Origin: Verrucomicrobiota bacterium
GTDB lineage: Bacteria; Verrucomicrobiota; Lentisphaeria; Lentisphaerales; Lentisphaeraceae
Direction: 5' to 3'
Assembly: GCA_039798785.1 (NCBI GenBank)
Contig: JBDKFG010000031.1
Span: 1-52,623, forward strand
DNA length: 52,623 bases
Below, one piece after another: positions 8,569-17,513 of the stretch. The notes under the pieces were generated by a model that saw nothing but the letters and a program-made list of their open reading frames with translations, ran no database searches and was not told where the DNA came from. Within the stretch, counting starts at the first letter, position 1. Every line of letters begins with the position of its first letter. The position numbers and the translations under genes are program-made.

Positions 8569-9942
8569 ATGCCGCACCGTCTCGCCGTCCTCTCCTGCAC
8601 TCTCCTCCTGGGGGCCTCCTGCGCCGTCCGGAACGCCCTCCCGCCGCCTTCCTACCGGATCGTCGCCTCCGAGACGACCCTGGCTCGTCCGGACTGGAAG
8701 CCGGTCCTGGCCAAGATCCGGGAACGGCATCCCCAGGCGCGGATCCTCAGCTACAGGACGACGCCGCAGGAATGCCTGGCGCAGCTTCGCCGCGACCTCC
8801 CCGCCTGCACCGCCTTCGTCGCTCGACCCGAGGAGGCCTCTCGTCTCTACGTCGCCGAGATCAGCCGCCTCTGCCGCGCCTACAATGACGACCCCTATAC
8901 CGACACCGCCTGGGGCGTGATCACCGGCTTCGACGCCGCCAACGCGCTGGAAATGGCCGCCTGTTCCGGAATCGAGCTCGATCGAGTCGTCGCCAACACC
9001 GAGCTCGTTCTCGACTGCATTCCTGAGGGCCGCTGCTTCGACGAGCTCCAGGCCGGCCTGCAGCGGGAGAAGACCCGCGACGGCCGGATCGAATGCCGGC
9101 CCGGCGGGCCGCGTGACACCACCGCCTTGATGGCCGGGGCCTTCGCTGACGCCAATCTCTTCGTCAGTTCCAGCCACGGATCGGAGCGCTCCTGGCAGAT
9201 GGGCCACACCTACCCCAACGGCTTCTTCCTGTCGAAGAACGGCGAGCTGAGCGCCCGCGACAGCTCCGGCAAGGTGACGCCGATGGAAAGCCGCTGCGAC
9301 AAGGCCTGGATGCCGGTCGGCAACTGCCTGGTCGGTCATATCGACGGGCCAGACGCCTTCATGCTGGCGATGCTCAAGGACGGCCGGGTGCGCGCCGCAG
9401 CGGCCTACACCGTGCCGACCTGGTTCGGCTATGCCGGCTGGGGCCACCTCGACTACTTCTTCGAGCAGCCCGGCCGCTACACCTATGCCGAGGCGGTGCG
9501 TGCCAACCGCCTTGCCCTCGAACACAAACTCTACTCGCTCCATCCCGAAGCCGCGGCGATGAATCCCGAACCCGGCGACACCGCCCGCTTCCAGGATCGC
9601 GACAGTTCCGGTCTCCTGCACGACCGCGATGTCATGGCCTATTACGGCGATCCCGCCGCCCGGGTCCGGCTCGTCCCCGGCCCCTGCGCCTACCGCCAGA
9701 GGGCCGAGGCCCGCGCCGACGGGTGGCTCTTCGAGGCCGAAGGCGACTTCTCCATCCTCAACGGGAACGGTTCGCAGCGCGGCGGCCGCCCCCTCGTCTT
9801 CTTCCTGCCGGAGCGCATCGAGCCGGCGCGCTTCGAGATCGCAGAAGGCGCCGGTCTGAAGCCTCTCGTCGGCCCCGATTTCGTCCTCATCCCCCGCCCC
9901 GCCGCCGGCCCGATCCGGGTGGTGCTGAAGAGCAAGGATTGA
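8569..9942 (+). CDS. Lipoprotein, probable caspase/gingipain (C25)-fold cysteine peptidase-like
   Basis: Lipobox LLLGASC; SSHG...GNCL putative His/Cys dyad; YYGDPA motif; SD AAGGA before ATG 8569. Confidence 0.55.
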   Translation: MPHRLAVLSCTLLLGASCAVRNALPPPSYRIVASETTLARPDWKPVLAKIRERHPQARILSYRTTPQECLAQLRRDLPACTAFVARPEEASRLYVAEISRLCRAYNDDPYTDTAWGVITGFDAANALEMAACSGIELDRVVANTELVLDCIPEGRCFDELQAGLQREKTRDGRIECRPGGPRDTTALMAGAFADANLFVSSSHGSERSWQMGHTYPNGFFLSKNGELSARDSSGKVTPMESRCDKAWMPVGNCLVGHIDGPDAFMLAMLKDGRVRAAAAYTVPTWFGYAGWGHLDYFFEQPGRYTYAEAVRANRLALEHKLYSLHPEAAAMNPEPGDTARFQDRDSSGLLHDRDVMAYYGDPAARVRLVPGPCAYRQRAEARADGWLFEAEGDFSILNGNGSQRGGRPLVFFLPERIEPARFEIAEGAGLKPLVGPDFVLIPRPAAGPIRVVLKSKD

Positions 9943-9951
9943 CGGCGGGTT

Positions 9952-10764
9952 TCACCCTGACTTGCGGCGGAACAGGATGGCGCAGTTGCGCCAGCGTTTG
10001 AGGAAGGCGGCGCGGCTCATGATGACGAGTCCGTGCAGAGGATCCCCTAAGATCACATCGTCGGCTCCGATCTTGATCACCGCGACGTAGTGATCGTTCA
10101 AGACGCTGTGCTTGAGCGCCGCGACAGCCGGCGGCTGGAGCTCGTCGAGGCTGCGGCAATAGCGGAACTCGGTGCTTGCTCCCTCGGCTCCGTAGAGCTC
10201 GTCGATGGCGGCCCGCAATGTGTCCGGCGGAGTGCCGGTGTAGAGGCTGGAGTGAGCGCGCAAGGCCAGGGCGCCTTCGTCGGCGGCGATGCCGAGCTGA
10301 CGCAGCGCCGTGACGCTGGCCGCGGGGCCGCAGGTGTAGCGGGTGCCCTGGATGCAGACTCCGTGGCGGTCGAAGCGGGTGTGGAGCTTCTCCAGGGATG
10401 GGCGGTGCAGGGGCGGCATCAGGAAGGGCAGGACCGAGTAGGAGCAGACGCAGAGGCCGCCGAGCGTCTGCACCAGGAGGCGTTGGCGCGGGAGCGGCAG
10501 TCGTGCCGCCGGGATGCCGAGCAGGGCCGGGATGAGGAAGGCGAGGAGGGCGAATTCGCCGCGCTCCGCCATCAGCCAGCTCCAGGGAGCATGGAACTCC
10601 CATTGCGGCTGCTTGCGGGCGATGGCGATCAGGATCAGCGGCAGCATCAGTGCCAGAAAGGCGCCGAGCCAGACCCGTCGCGGCCTAGACGCCAGCCAGC
10701 GGCCCAGCCAGCCGCCGGCGACGGCCAGGGCGATGACGCCGGCAAGCTGGAAAATGTTGATCAC
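9952..10764 (-). CDS. Membrane protein with C-terminal C39-like cysteine peptidase domain
   Basis: About 4 TM helices, then QGTRYTCGPAA, DHYVAV and LGDPLHG. Confidence 0.8.
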   Translation of the reverse strand: MINIFQLAGVIALAVAGGWLGRWLASRPRRVWLGAFLALMLPLILIAIARKQPQWEFHAPWSWLMAERGEFALLAFLIPALLGIPAARLPLPRQRLLVQTLGGLCVCSYSVLPFLMPPLHRPSLEKLHTRFDRHGVCIQGTRYTCGPAASVTALRQLGIAADEGALALRAHSSLYTGTPPDTLRAAIDELYGAEGASTEFRYCRSLDELQPPAVAALKHSVLNDHYVAVIKIGADDVILGDPLHGLVIMSRAAFLKRWRNCAILFRRKSG

Positions 10765-10773
10765 TTCGCCACC

Positions 10774-12012
10774 TCAGGCCCTGGCGTCGTTGCCGCCCTT
10801 CTGCCACTGCTTGCGGGGCAGGGACTCCATGATCTTGACGTAGGATTCGTAGCGGTCCGGGCTGAGCCGCTCGTCTTCGGCGGCCTGGCGGACCGAGCAC
10901 GCCTCTTCGTTGAGATGAGTGCAGTCGTTGAAGCGGCAGGGGAGGAAGGGGTCGAAGTCGTTGAAGCCGTGTTTCACCTCTTCCGGACGCAGGTCGAGGA
11001 AGTTGAATTCGCGTATCCCCGGGGTGTCGACGATGCGGGTGCTGGGGTCGAGCGAGTGGATGCTCGCCATCACCGTGGTGTGCGAGCCTTTGCCGCCCAC
11101 CCGGGCCCGGTTTTCCCCGGTTTCGAGGTCAAGATCGGGATCGAGGGCGTTGAGCAGCGAGGACTTGCCGACGCCGCTGGTGCCGAGCAGGCAGGTGGTC
11201 TTGCCCTGGAGGAAGCGGCGCAGCCCGGCGACGCCCTGGCCGGTGGTCGAGGAGATCTCGAAGACCGGGATGCCGAGGCCGCGGTAGGTGGCGAGACGCT
11301 CAAGCAGGAACTTCGCCTCCTCGTCGAGCAGGTCGACCTTGGTGACCACGAGAAGCGGCTTGGCGCCGCTTTGGCGGATGCCGATGAGGAAGCGGTCGAC
11401 CAGGGAAGGATTGAAGAGCGGCACGACGATCGAAGCGACCATGCCGACGTAGTCCATGTTGACGGCGATCACCCTTTCGACTTCGGGCCGGGTCGGGTCG
11501 GGTCGGGAGAGGATGCTTGAGCGGGGCAGGGCGCGTTCCAGCAGGGCGCGGCCGTTGGGGCCTTCCGACCAGAGGATCTTCTCGCCCACCGAGAGGTCGG
11601 TCTTCTGCACCATCGCCAGCTCCGGCCGGATCATGAACTCCCGTTCCGCCCCCTCGCCGGTCAGCAGCAGGCCGCCGCCGCGCGACAGGGCGATCACCGT
11701 CCCTTCCGCCATCTCGGCCTGGGATTGCGCCGACTTCGATTCCCAGATGCCCATCTCGTCGGCCTTGGCCATCGCCTTGAGGATCCAGGGGCCGAGCTCG
11801 TCGTCGAGCTTGCCGAGCTTGTGCTCGCGGCGGCGGGAATCCTCGAGACGGCCGCTGTGCATCTCCTGCTTCCAGTCCTCTCGCACGTCTTTGCGGACCA
11901 GGGCGGCTTTGCGCAGCTTGGCGGCGCGGGACAGGATCTCCCGCTGCTGTTCCGGCGGCAGGGCCTCGTAGCGCGCCTGCAAGTCGTTCTTGTTGCTCTT
12001 CTTTTCCGCCAT
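10774..12012 (-). CDS. rsgA: Ribosome small subunit-dependent GTPase A with N-terminal extension
   Basis: TKVDL, GTSGVGKSSLLN, GSHTT, DTPGIRE and CRFNDCTHLNEEAC zinc finger. Confidence 0.92.
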   Translation of the reverse strand: MAEKKSNKNDLQARYEALPPEQQREILSRAAKLRKAALVRKDVREDWKQEMHSGRLEDSRRREHKLGKLDDELGPWILKAMAKADEMGIWESKSAQSQAEMAEGTVIALSRGGGLLLTGEGAEREFMIRPELAMVQKTDLSVGEKILWSEGPNGRALLERALPRSSILSRPDPTRPEVERVIAVNMDYVGMVASIVVPLFNPSLVDRFLIGIRQSGAKPLLVVTKVDLLDEEAKFLLERLATYRGLGIPVFEISSTTGQGVAGLRRFLQGKTTCLLGTSGVGKSSLLNALDPDLDLETGENRARVGGKGSHTTVMASIHSLDPSTRIVDTPGIREFNFLDLRPEEVKHGFNDFDPFLPCRFNDCTHLNEEACSVRQAAEDERLSPDRYESYVKIMESLPRKQWQKGGNDARA

Positions 12013-12145
12013 GGTCGTCCTTGGTGTTTGCAGCGGGCAATTTCCTCCGGATTCCCGGCGCGGCAAGTCGTCGCCGGCTTTTGCCTCGCGGCAGGCAAAA
12101 CGGCGGCCCCTTGCGGAGTCGCCGTCGATACCGACTGAAGGAGGA

Positions 12146-12634
12146 TCAGAAGGCGAAGATCTCGTCGCCGAGGCGGGAGTATTCGACCACTTCGTCGGGA
12201 CGGAACCAGATGGCGATCTCCTGCTCCGCTTCGCCGACCGTGCCGGAGGCGTGGATGAGGTTGCGGATCGGCTTGTCGTCGGGCTCGCCGGGAGCGGCGT
12301 AGGGCTGGTGGGCGTAGTCGCCGCGGATGGTGCCGGGCAGGGCCGAGGAGGGCTCGGTGGCGCCGACCAGGGTGCGGACCTTCTTGACGCAGTTGAGGCC
12401 GCCGACGACGAAGACGATCACCGGGCCGGAGGTGATGTATTTCTCGACGGTGGGGAAGAAGCTCTTGTTGACGTGGTCGGCGTAGTGCTTGCGAGCCATC
12501 TCGACGCTGACTTTCTGGAAGCGCATGGCGTGCAGCTTCAAGCCGGCGCGCTCGAAGCGGGAGATGATTTCGCCGGTGACCGAGCGCTGGACGCCGTCGG
12601 GCTTGATGATGATGAGGGATTTTTCGTAGGCCAT
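12146..12634 (-). CDS. ndk: Nucleoside diphosphate kinase
   Basis: IIKPDGVQR, GATEP, PGTIRGDY and NLIHASG; start MAYEKS. Confidence 0.96.
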   Translation of the reverse strand: MAYEKSLIIIKPDGVQRSVTGEIISRFERAGLKLHAMRFQKVSVEMARKHYADHVNKSFFPTVEKYITSGPVIVFVVGGLNCVKKVRTLVGATEPSSALPGTIRGDYAHQPYAAPGEPDDKPIRNLIHASGTVGEAEQEIAIWFRPDEVVEYSRLGDEIFAF

Positions 12635-12677
12635 GGATTTTCTCGCTTGGGTGTTGTTGTCTTGGAAAAAGTCCGAG

Positions 12678-12705
12678 ACTTTAAAGGTTATGACGCGGCT
12701 GTCAA
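12678..12705 (-). promoter_or_regulatory. sigma70-like promoter for ndk
   Basis: Minus strand TTGACA-16nt-TAAAGT. Confidence 0.55.
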
Positions 12706-13027
12706 CCGAGAAAATGCAGGAAGCGACTTGATAAGATAGCCAGGTTGTAAATCGGACCGGAATTTGAGGGTGGCCAAGCGATGAGGTGGCTGGTGAGTCT
12801 CTCTTGGGCGTTCCTCGCAACGAATGCGTTCGTTCGACGATGGCGGATTCCGGGGCGTTTGTTCGTGGTTTGAGCTTGAATTGGCGTTCCGCGCCCGGCA
12901 TTCGATTGCGGAGCGGCACCTGCGGATGGCTGGGAAGCTTCAAACGGAGTCATGCAAGTCGGAAAAATCTTTTGCCGGAGCCGAAAAAAAATTTGCATCC
13001 TGGGTGGGGCAGGGATTAAGCTGTCCT

Positions 13028-13128
13028 GTCAGCCGCTCAGGCCGTCGCCTCCCTCCCCAAGTCGGGCGACACTCCCGGTCCCGGCGCTGTCCCCCGGATC
13101 TCCTTGATGGAATCCGGGGGCTTTTTAT
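13028..13128 (+). ncRNA. Candidate small RNA or attenuated leader with C-rich loop and intrinsic terminator
   Basis: Promoter TTGCAT(12993)...TAAGCT(13017); GTCGCC/GGCGAC hairpin around TCCCTCCCC; CCCCCGGAT/ATCCGGGGG-CTTTTT terminator. Confidence 0.45.
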
Positions 13129-13192
13129 TGCGGCGTCTTGTGACGCGCCCGAAACGCGGCATCTTCAGGGATCGCTAACCTGGGGAACTTCC

Positions 13193-14965
13193 ATGCGCCT
13201 CGCTCTTCTCGCCGCTGCATTTCTGTTTTTCTCGGCTCCTCCCGTCTCCGCGGCGTCCCGCGGCGAAGAGCTCTTCCCCGAGCTTGATCCCGTGTTGGTG
13301 GCGATCCAGCATGAAAGAGCCGGAGGCTCAGGAGTCATCATCTCTCCCGACGGTTACATCCTGACCAACGGCCACGTCGTGTCGCTGATGGATCCCGAAC
13401 AGCCTCGAGAAACGGCCAGGCGCATCACCGTCATCCTCAACGACGAAAGCAAATATCAGGCCCGCGTCGTCGGCTTCGGGCTCGATCCCGACGTCGCCCT
13501 CCTCAAGATCGACGCGCCGAGGCCGCTCAGGGCTGCCCGGCTGGCGAAGGGTGCCTTGCGGACCGGCCAGACTGTCTTCGCTTTCGGCGCCCCTTTCGGC
13601 CTGCGCCGCACTTTGACCCAGGGCATCGTCTCCAACCCCGCCCAGACTTCGCTCGACACCTTCACCTCGGTGATCCAGACCGACGCCTTGATCAATCCCG
13701 GCAATTCCGGCGGTCCCCTCTTCAACGAAGCCGGCGAGGTGATCGGGCTGAACACCTACGGTGGCGAAGGGAACGGCTTTGCCATCCCGGTCGAGGTCGC
13801 CCGCACCCTCGGGGAGCAATACCGCGAGCACGGCCGCTTCCGCCGCGCCGGCCTGTCGTTTTTCGTCAGCAAGGCGATGCCGGAGAATTTCGCCCGCGTC
13901 CTAGGCACGCCGCAGGGGATTTTCGTCGATTTCGTCCTTCCCGGTTCGGAGGCGGCCCGCCAGGGCCTGAAGGACGGCGATGTCATCGTCGCGATGGACG
14001 GCGTTGCAGTGAAAGGCGCCAGCGAGGAGGATTACAACGACTGGCACTGGGACCTGGTCACCCGCCGTCCCGGCTCGCCGCTGAAGCTCGGCTTGCTGCG
14101 GCGTTCCGCCGGGCAGCCTTGGCGGCCCCTGGAGATCAGCTGCGTCCTCGGCGAAGACGAGCTGCTTCCCGCCCTCGGCCATCAGCTCGGCGAGCTGCCG
14201 GAGACCCTCTATCCCGAGATCGGCCTCGGCATCCAGAAGGTGACGCCCTTCGTCCTGCACGGCTTTTCGCTTCCGGGATCCGACGGCGTGAGGGTGACCA
14301 CGGTGAGCAACGGACCTGCGGCCCGGGCCGACATCCGGGGAGACGACCTGATCGTCGCGATCGACGGCCAGCCGGTGAAGGATGACCGCGACTTCCGCCG
14401 CCTGGTCGACGAGCGCCTGGTCAAGCGTGCCCGCTTCCTCGTCTTCGATCTGAAGCGCGGCAACGACCAGTCGCGAGCCGTGCTGCGTGTGCCCTACCGT
14501 CTGCGCGACACCCGGGTGCTGATCCTGGCCGCCGCCGGCGAAGCTCAGCGCGAGCTCTTCGCCCGCCGTCTGCGGCTCGCCGGGGCCGAGGTGACGGTGG
14601 CCGAGAAGGGCGACGCCGCCCTCGCCGCCGCCGAGTGGGACGCGGTGCTGATCGCCGTCGACAGCACGGCTGTGCCACCCGGCGCGGCGCTCTTCCTTGA
14701 TCGTCCCCTTCCTCCTGGACGCAATTGCGTCCTGGGGCTCAGCGGCAAGGCGCCAGCCCTGCTCGCCGCTGCCGGCTCATCCTGGAAGCTCAAGCGACTC
14801 ACCGCCGACAAGGAGGCCGCCGCGCCGATCCTCAAGGCCGGGATGAACTACACCGGCCGCGAAGTCGAGATCGACGAGAATCTCGTCACCTGCACCGGCT
14901 TTGACAGCATCAGCGCCAAAGCCTTCCTCGCCGCCTTCGCCGATGCGATGGCGAAAAACCGCTGA
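13193..14965 (+). CDS. HtrA/DegP-like serine protease (trypsin + 2 PDZ) fused to a C-terminal DJ-1/PfpI-like domain
   Basis: Signal peptide; TNGHVV, DVALLKI and INPGNSGGPL triad; two PDZ-like segments; C-terminal RVLIL...AGAEVTV...DAVLI...EVEIDENLVT. Confidence 0.85.
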   Translation: MRLALLAAAFLFFSAPPVSAASRGEELFPELDPVLVAIQHERAGGSGVIISPDGYILTNGHVVSLMDPEQPRETARRITVILNDESKYQARVVGFGLDPDVALLKIDAPRPLRAARLAKGALRTGQTVFAFGAPFGLRRTLTQGIVSNPAQTSLDTFTSVIQTDALINPGNSGGPLFNEAGEVIGLNTYGGEGNGFAIPVEVARTLGEQYREHGRFRRAGLSFFVSKAMPENFARVLGTPQGIFVDFVLPGSEAARQGLKDGDVIVAMDGVAVKGASEEDYNDWHWDLVTRRPGSPLKLGLLRRSAGQPWRPLEISCVLGEDELLPALGHQLGELPETLYPEIGLGIQKVTPFVLHGFSLPGSDGVRVTTVSNGPAARADIRGDDLIVAIDGQPVKDDRDFRRLVDERLVKRARFLVFDLKRGNDQSRAVLRVPYRLRDTRVLILAAAGEAQRELFARRLRLAGAEVTVAEKGDAALAAAEWDAVLIAVDSTAVPPGAALFLDRPLPPGRNCVLGLSGKAPALLAAAGSSWKLKRLTADKEAAAPILKAGMNYTGREVEIDENLVTCTGFDSISAKAFLAAFADAMAKNR

Positions 14966-15039
14966 ATCCCGGCTCCGACTTGCCGGAAGCGCTTGGCTGC
15001 GTAAGTTCCGGCATCCGCCAAGTTCCAGGAGACCTCACG

Positions 15040-15315
15040 ATGAGCTCAGATGATTTGACCGAGGCCGAGATCGAACGCGTCCTCGAATGGTATTACAAGG
15101 CCCCGAGCGAAGACCTCGCCGGCGAGGAGATCCTGCCCGACGGCAGTTGGGAAAGCCTGGTCGTCATCTTCGACCCCGAGGACGAAGACGCCGGCATGCT
15201 CGACGCCTACGAAGTCGAGCAGGGCGATGTCGAAGCCCTGCAGAAGCTGGTCAGCCACCGCATCGACCTGGCCAAATTCGATTACTTCGTCGCCGCCTAC
15301 GCCAAGGAGGGTTGA
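15040..15315 (+). CDS. Small acidic hypothetical protein
   Basis: SD AGGAG before ATG 15040; host-like codon usage. Confidence 0.6.
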   Translation: MSSDDLTEAEIERVLEWYYKAPSEDLAGEEILPDGSWESLVVIFDPEDEDAGMLDAYEVEQGDVEALQKLVSHRIDLAKFDYFVAAYAKEG

Positions 15316-15340
15316 CATAGCCCCGGCTCCCGGGTAACTT
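15312..15340 (+). promoter_or_regulatory. sigma70-like promoter, probably leaderless
   Basis: TTGACA-17nt-TAACTT, ending 8 nt before ATG 15349; no SD. Confidence 0.55.
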
Positions 15341-15348
15341 GTCCGCCT

Positions 15349-16311
15349 ATGTACTGGTACTACAAATACTCCCTGATCCTGGTGGCGGCCCTGATCCTGC
15401 TGCTGGTCGCCAAATGCGCGCTGCCCAAGAGCCTCAGCTCCCCGCCGAAAGAAGGCCGGGACCCGGTGACGGACGTCGCGCCGGTTAGCAAGGCCGCCTT
15501 GCCGCCGCCCCAGCCGGGACGCAGCCTCCCCCCCGGATCAGTCAGCGACAACGCCGACGCCCTTGCCCTGGCCCGGCAATTCAAAATGATTTTCACCGAA
15601 GCCGATGGTGCCCGCCAGGCCGGCCGCAACGACGCCGCCGTCGAGCTCGGTCTGAAGGCCCTGGCCCTGCCCGGTCTCGAGCCCTACAGCAGCGCCTGGC
15701 GTCAGGCCGCCGCCCTCGTCGGCGAATGCAACACCCGCCTCTTCACTAGCGACGCGCCGTCTCTGCGCAAGGCGTCGGTGACGGTGAAAAGCGGCGACGC
15801 CTTGGCCAACTTCGCCAGCCGCAAGACCACCGTCCGGGCCATCCAGCGCCAAAACAAGATTCCCTTGACTTCGCGCAACATCCGCGCCGGCCAGCAGCTC
15901 AAGTTCTTCGACGGCCCCTGGAAGCTCAGCGTCTACAAAAAGGACTACATCATGGTTCTCGAGCACAAGGGCCAGTTGTTCAAGTTCTACGATGTCGGCC
16001 TCGGCAAGGACAACCGCACTCCCGCCGGAGAATTCGTCATCAAGGGCAAACAGGAAAATCCTCCCTACTACCACCCCGACGGCCGGGTCATCCCCTTCGG
16101 CAAGCCCGAGAACATCATCGGCACCCGCTGGATGCGCCTGGTCAAGAAGGCCGACGGCAGCTACGACCGCATCGGCATCCACGGCACCTCCGACCCCGAC
16201 AGCGTCGGCAAGGCCTCCTCCGCCGGCTGCGTCCGGATGCGCAATTCCGACGTCGAGGAGCTCTACGATCTCCTCCCCGACAGCTCTGTTGAAGTCATCA
16301 TCAAGGAATAA
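15349..16311 (+). CDS. L,D-transpeptidase (YkuD) with LysM domain
   Basis: VKSGDAL...IRAGQQL LysM; TPAGEF; IGIHGT...[10 protein letters not shown] catalytic motif. Confidence 0.9.
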   Translation: MYWYYKYSLILVAALILLLVAKCALPKSLSSPPKEGRDPVTDVAPVSKAALPPPQPGRSLPPGSVSDNADALALARQFKMIFTEADGARQAGRNDAAVELGLKALALPGLEPYSSAWRQAAALVGECNTRLFTSDAPSLRKASVTVKSGDALANFASRKTTVRAIQRQNKIPLTSRNIRAGQQLKFFDGPWKLSVYKKDYIMVLEHKGQLFKFYDVGLGKDNRTPAGEFVIKGKQENPPYYHPDGRVIPFGKPENIIGTRWMRLVKKADGSYDRIGIHGTSDPDSVGKASSAGCVRMRNSDVEELYDLLPDSSVEVIIKE

Positions 16312-16316
16312 GAAAA

Positions 16317-17270
16317 GTGGAAAATTTCTCCCTCGAATTTGAACGCCCGGTGCGTGAATTGCAAGACAAGCTCGACAAGATGCAAGTCTTCGCCCGTGAG
16401 CACAACGTCGACATGAGCCGCCAGCTCGATGAGCTCGAAAGGGAAATCGAGAACACCGCCCGCGAAACCTTCGCCAATCTCACTCCCTGGCAGCGCGTCC
16501 AGCTCGCCCGGCACCCCAAGCGCCCCTATTCGCTCGACTACGTCGAGCGCATCTTCACCGACTTCCTCGAGCTCAAAGGCGACCGTTGCTTCGGCGACGA
16601 CGCCGCCATCGTCGGCGGCTTCGCCAAGCTCGACGGCCGGCCGGTGATGATCATCGCCCACCAGAAAGGCCGCGACCTGAAGGAGCGCAACAAGCGCAAC
16701 TTCGGCATGGCCCACCCGGAAGGCTACCGCAAGGCCCTGCGCCTGATGCAAGTCGCCGAAAAGGCCGGTGCCCCGATCATCACCTTCATCGACACCCCCG
16801 GAGCCTACCCCGGCATCGCCTCCGAAGAGCGCCACGTCGGCGAAGCCATCGCGGTCAACCTCCGCGAAATGTTCAACTTCACCGTGCCCATCATCTGCAC
16901 CGTCATCGGCGAAGGCGGCTCCGGCGGCGCCCTCGGCATCGGCGTCGGCAACGCCGTCATGATCATGGAAAACGCCTACTACTCGGTCATCTCCCCCGAG
17001 GGCTGCGCCGGGATCATCTGGAAGGACGGCACCAAGGCCGCCAAGGCCGCCGAAGCGATGAAGATCACCGGCCCCGACCTGCTCGAGCTGAAGATCGTCG
17101 ACGAAGTCGTGGCGGAACCGGTCGGCGGCGCCCACCGCGACCACGACAAGACCGCCGAACTGCTCAAGTCGGCCCTCCTGCGCCAGCTCGCCAACCTCGA
17201 TGAACTCTCCCCTGAAGGTCTGGTCAACCACCGCTACGAACGCTTCCGCGTCATCGGCGCCTTCGCCTGA
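16317..17270 (+). CDS. accA: Acetyl-CoA carboxylase carboxyltransferase alpha subunit
   Basis: [39 protein letters not shown] and [10 protein letters not shown]. Confidence 0.97.
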   Translation: MENFSLEFERPVRELQDKLDKMQVFAREHNVDMSRQLDELEREIENTARETFANLTPWQRVQLARHPKRPYSLDYVERIFTDFLELKGDRCFGDDAAIVGGFAKLDGRPVMIIAHQKGRDLKERNKRNFGMAHPEGYRKALRLMQVAEKAGAPIITFIDTPGAYPGIASEERHVGEAIAVNLREMFNFTVPIICTVIGEGGSGGALGIGVGNAVMIMENAYYSVISPEGCAGIIWKDGTKAAKAAEAMKITGPDLLELKIVDEVVAEPVGGAHRDHDKTAELLKSALLRQLANLDELSPEGLVNHRYERFRVIGAFA

Positions 17271-17288
17271 TCGACCGTGAACGCTGAG

Positions 17289-17322
17289 AAAAAATCCGAG
17301 CTCGTCGAGCTCGGATTTTTTT
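17289..17322. terminator. Bidirectional intrinsic terminator
   Basis: AAAAAATCCGAGCTC-gtc-GAGCTCGGATTTTTTT. Confidence 0.85.
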
Positions 17323-17513
17323 GCGTCCTGTGCCACTCCGCTTCTGAAGGCCGATCTCACGCGAAGGCGCGAAGCCGCGAAGGGACTCAATCATTTTAGC
17401 CCAGGGTTGAGCCGCATCGGCGACACCCTGGGAATGAGAGAGTTATGAAATTTGGCTCCAAGGGGGTCGCGGAGCTGGGGTGCAGGGGGAAATCTAGTTT
17501 CGCCCCATGGCCT

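Noticed and set aside
12062..12114. Hairpin between ndk and rsgA as a riboswitch
   Set aside because: No recognisable aptamer; likely a REP-like or terminator stem
12635..13192. ORF extensions upstream of ndk and htrA
   Set aside because: Homology and signal peptide begin at 12634 and 13193; the region holds promoters
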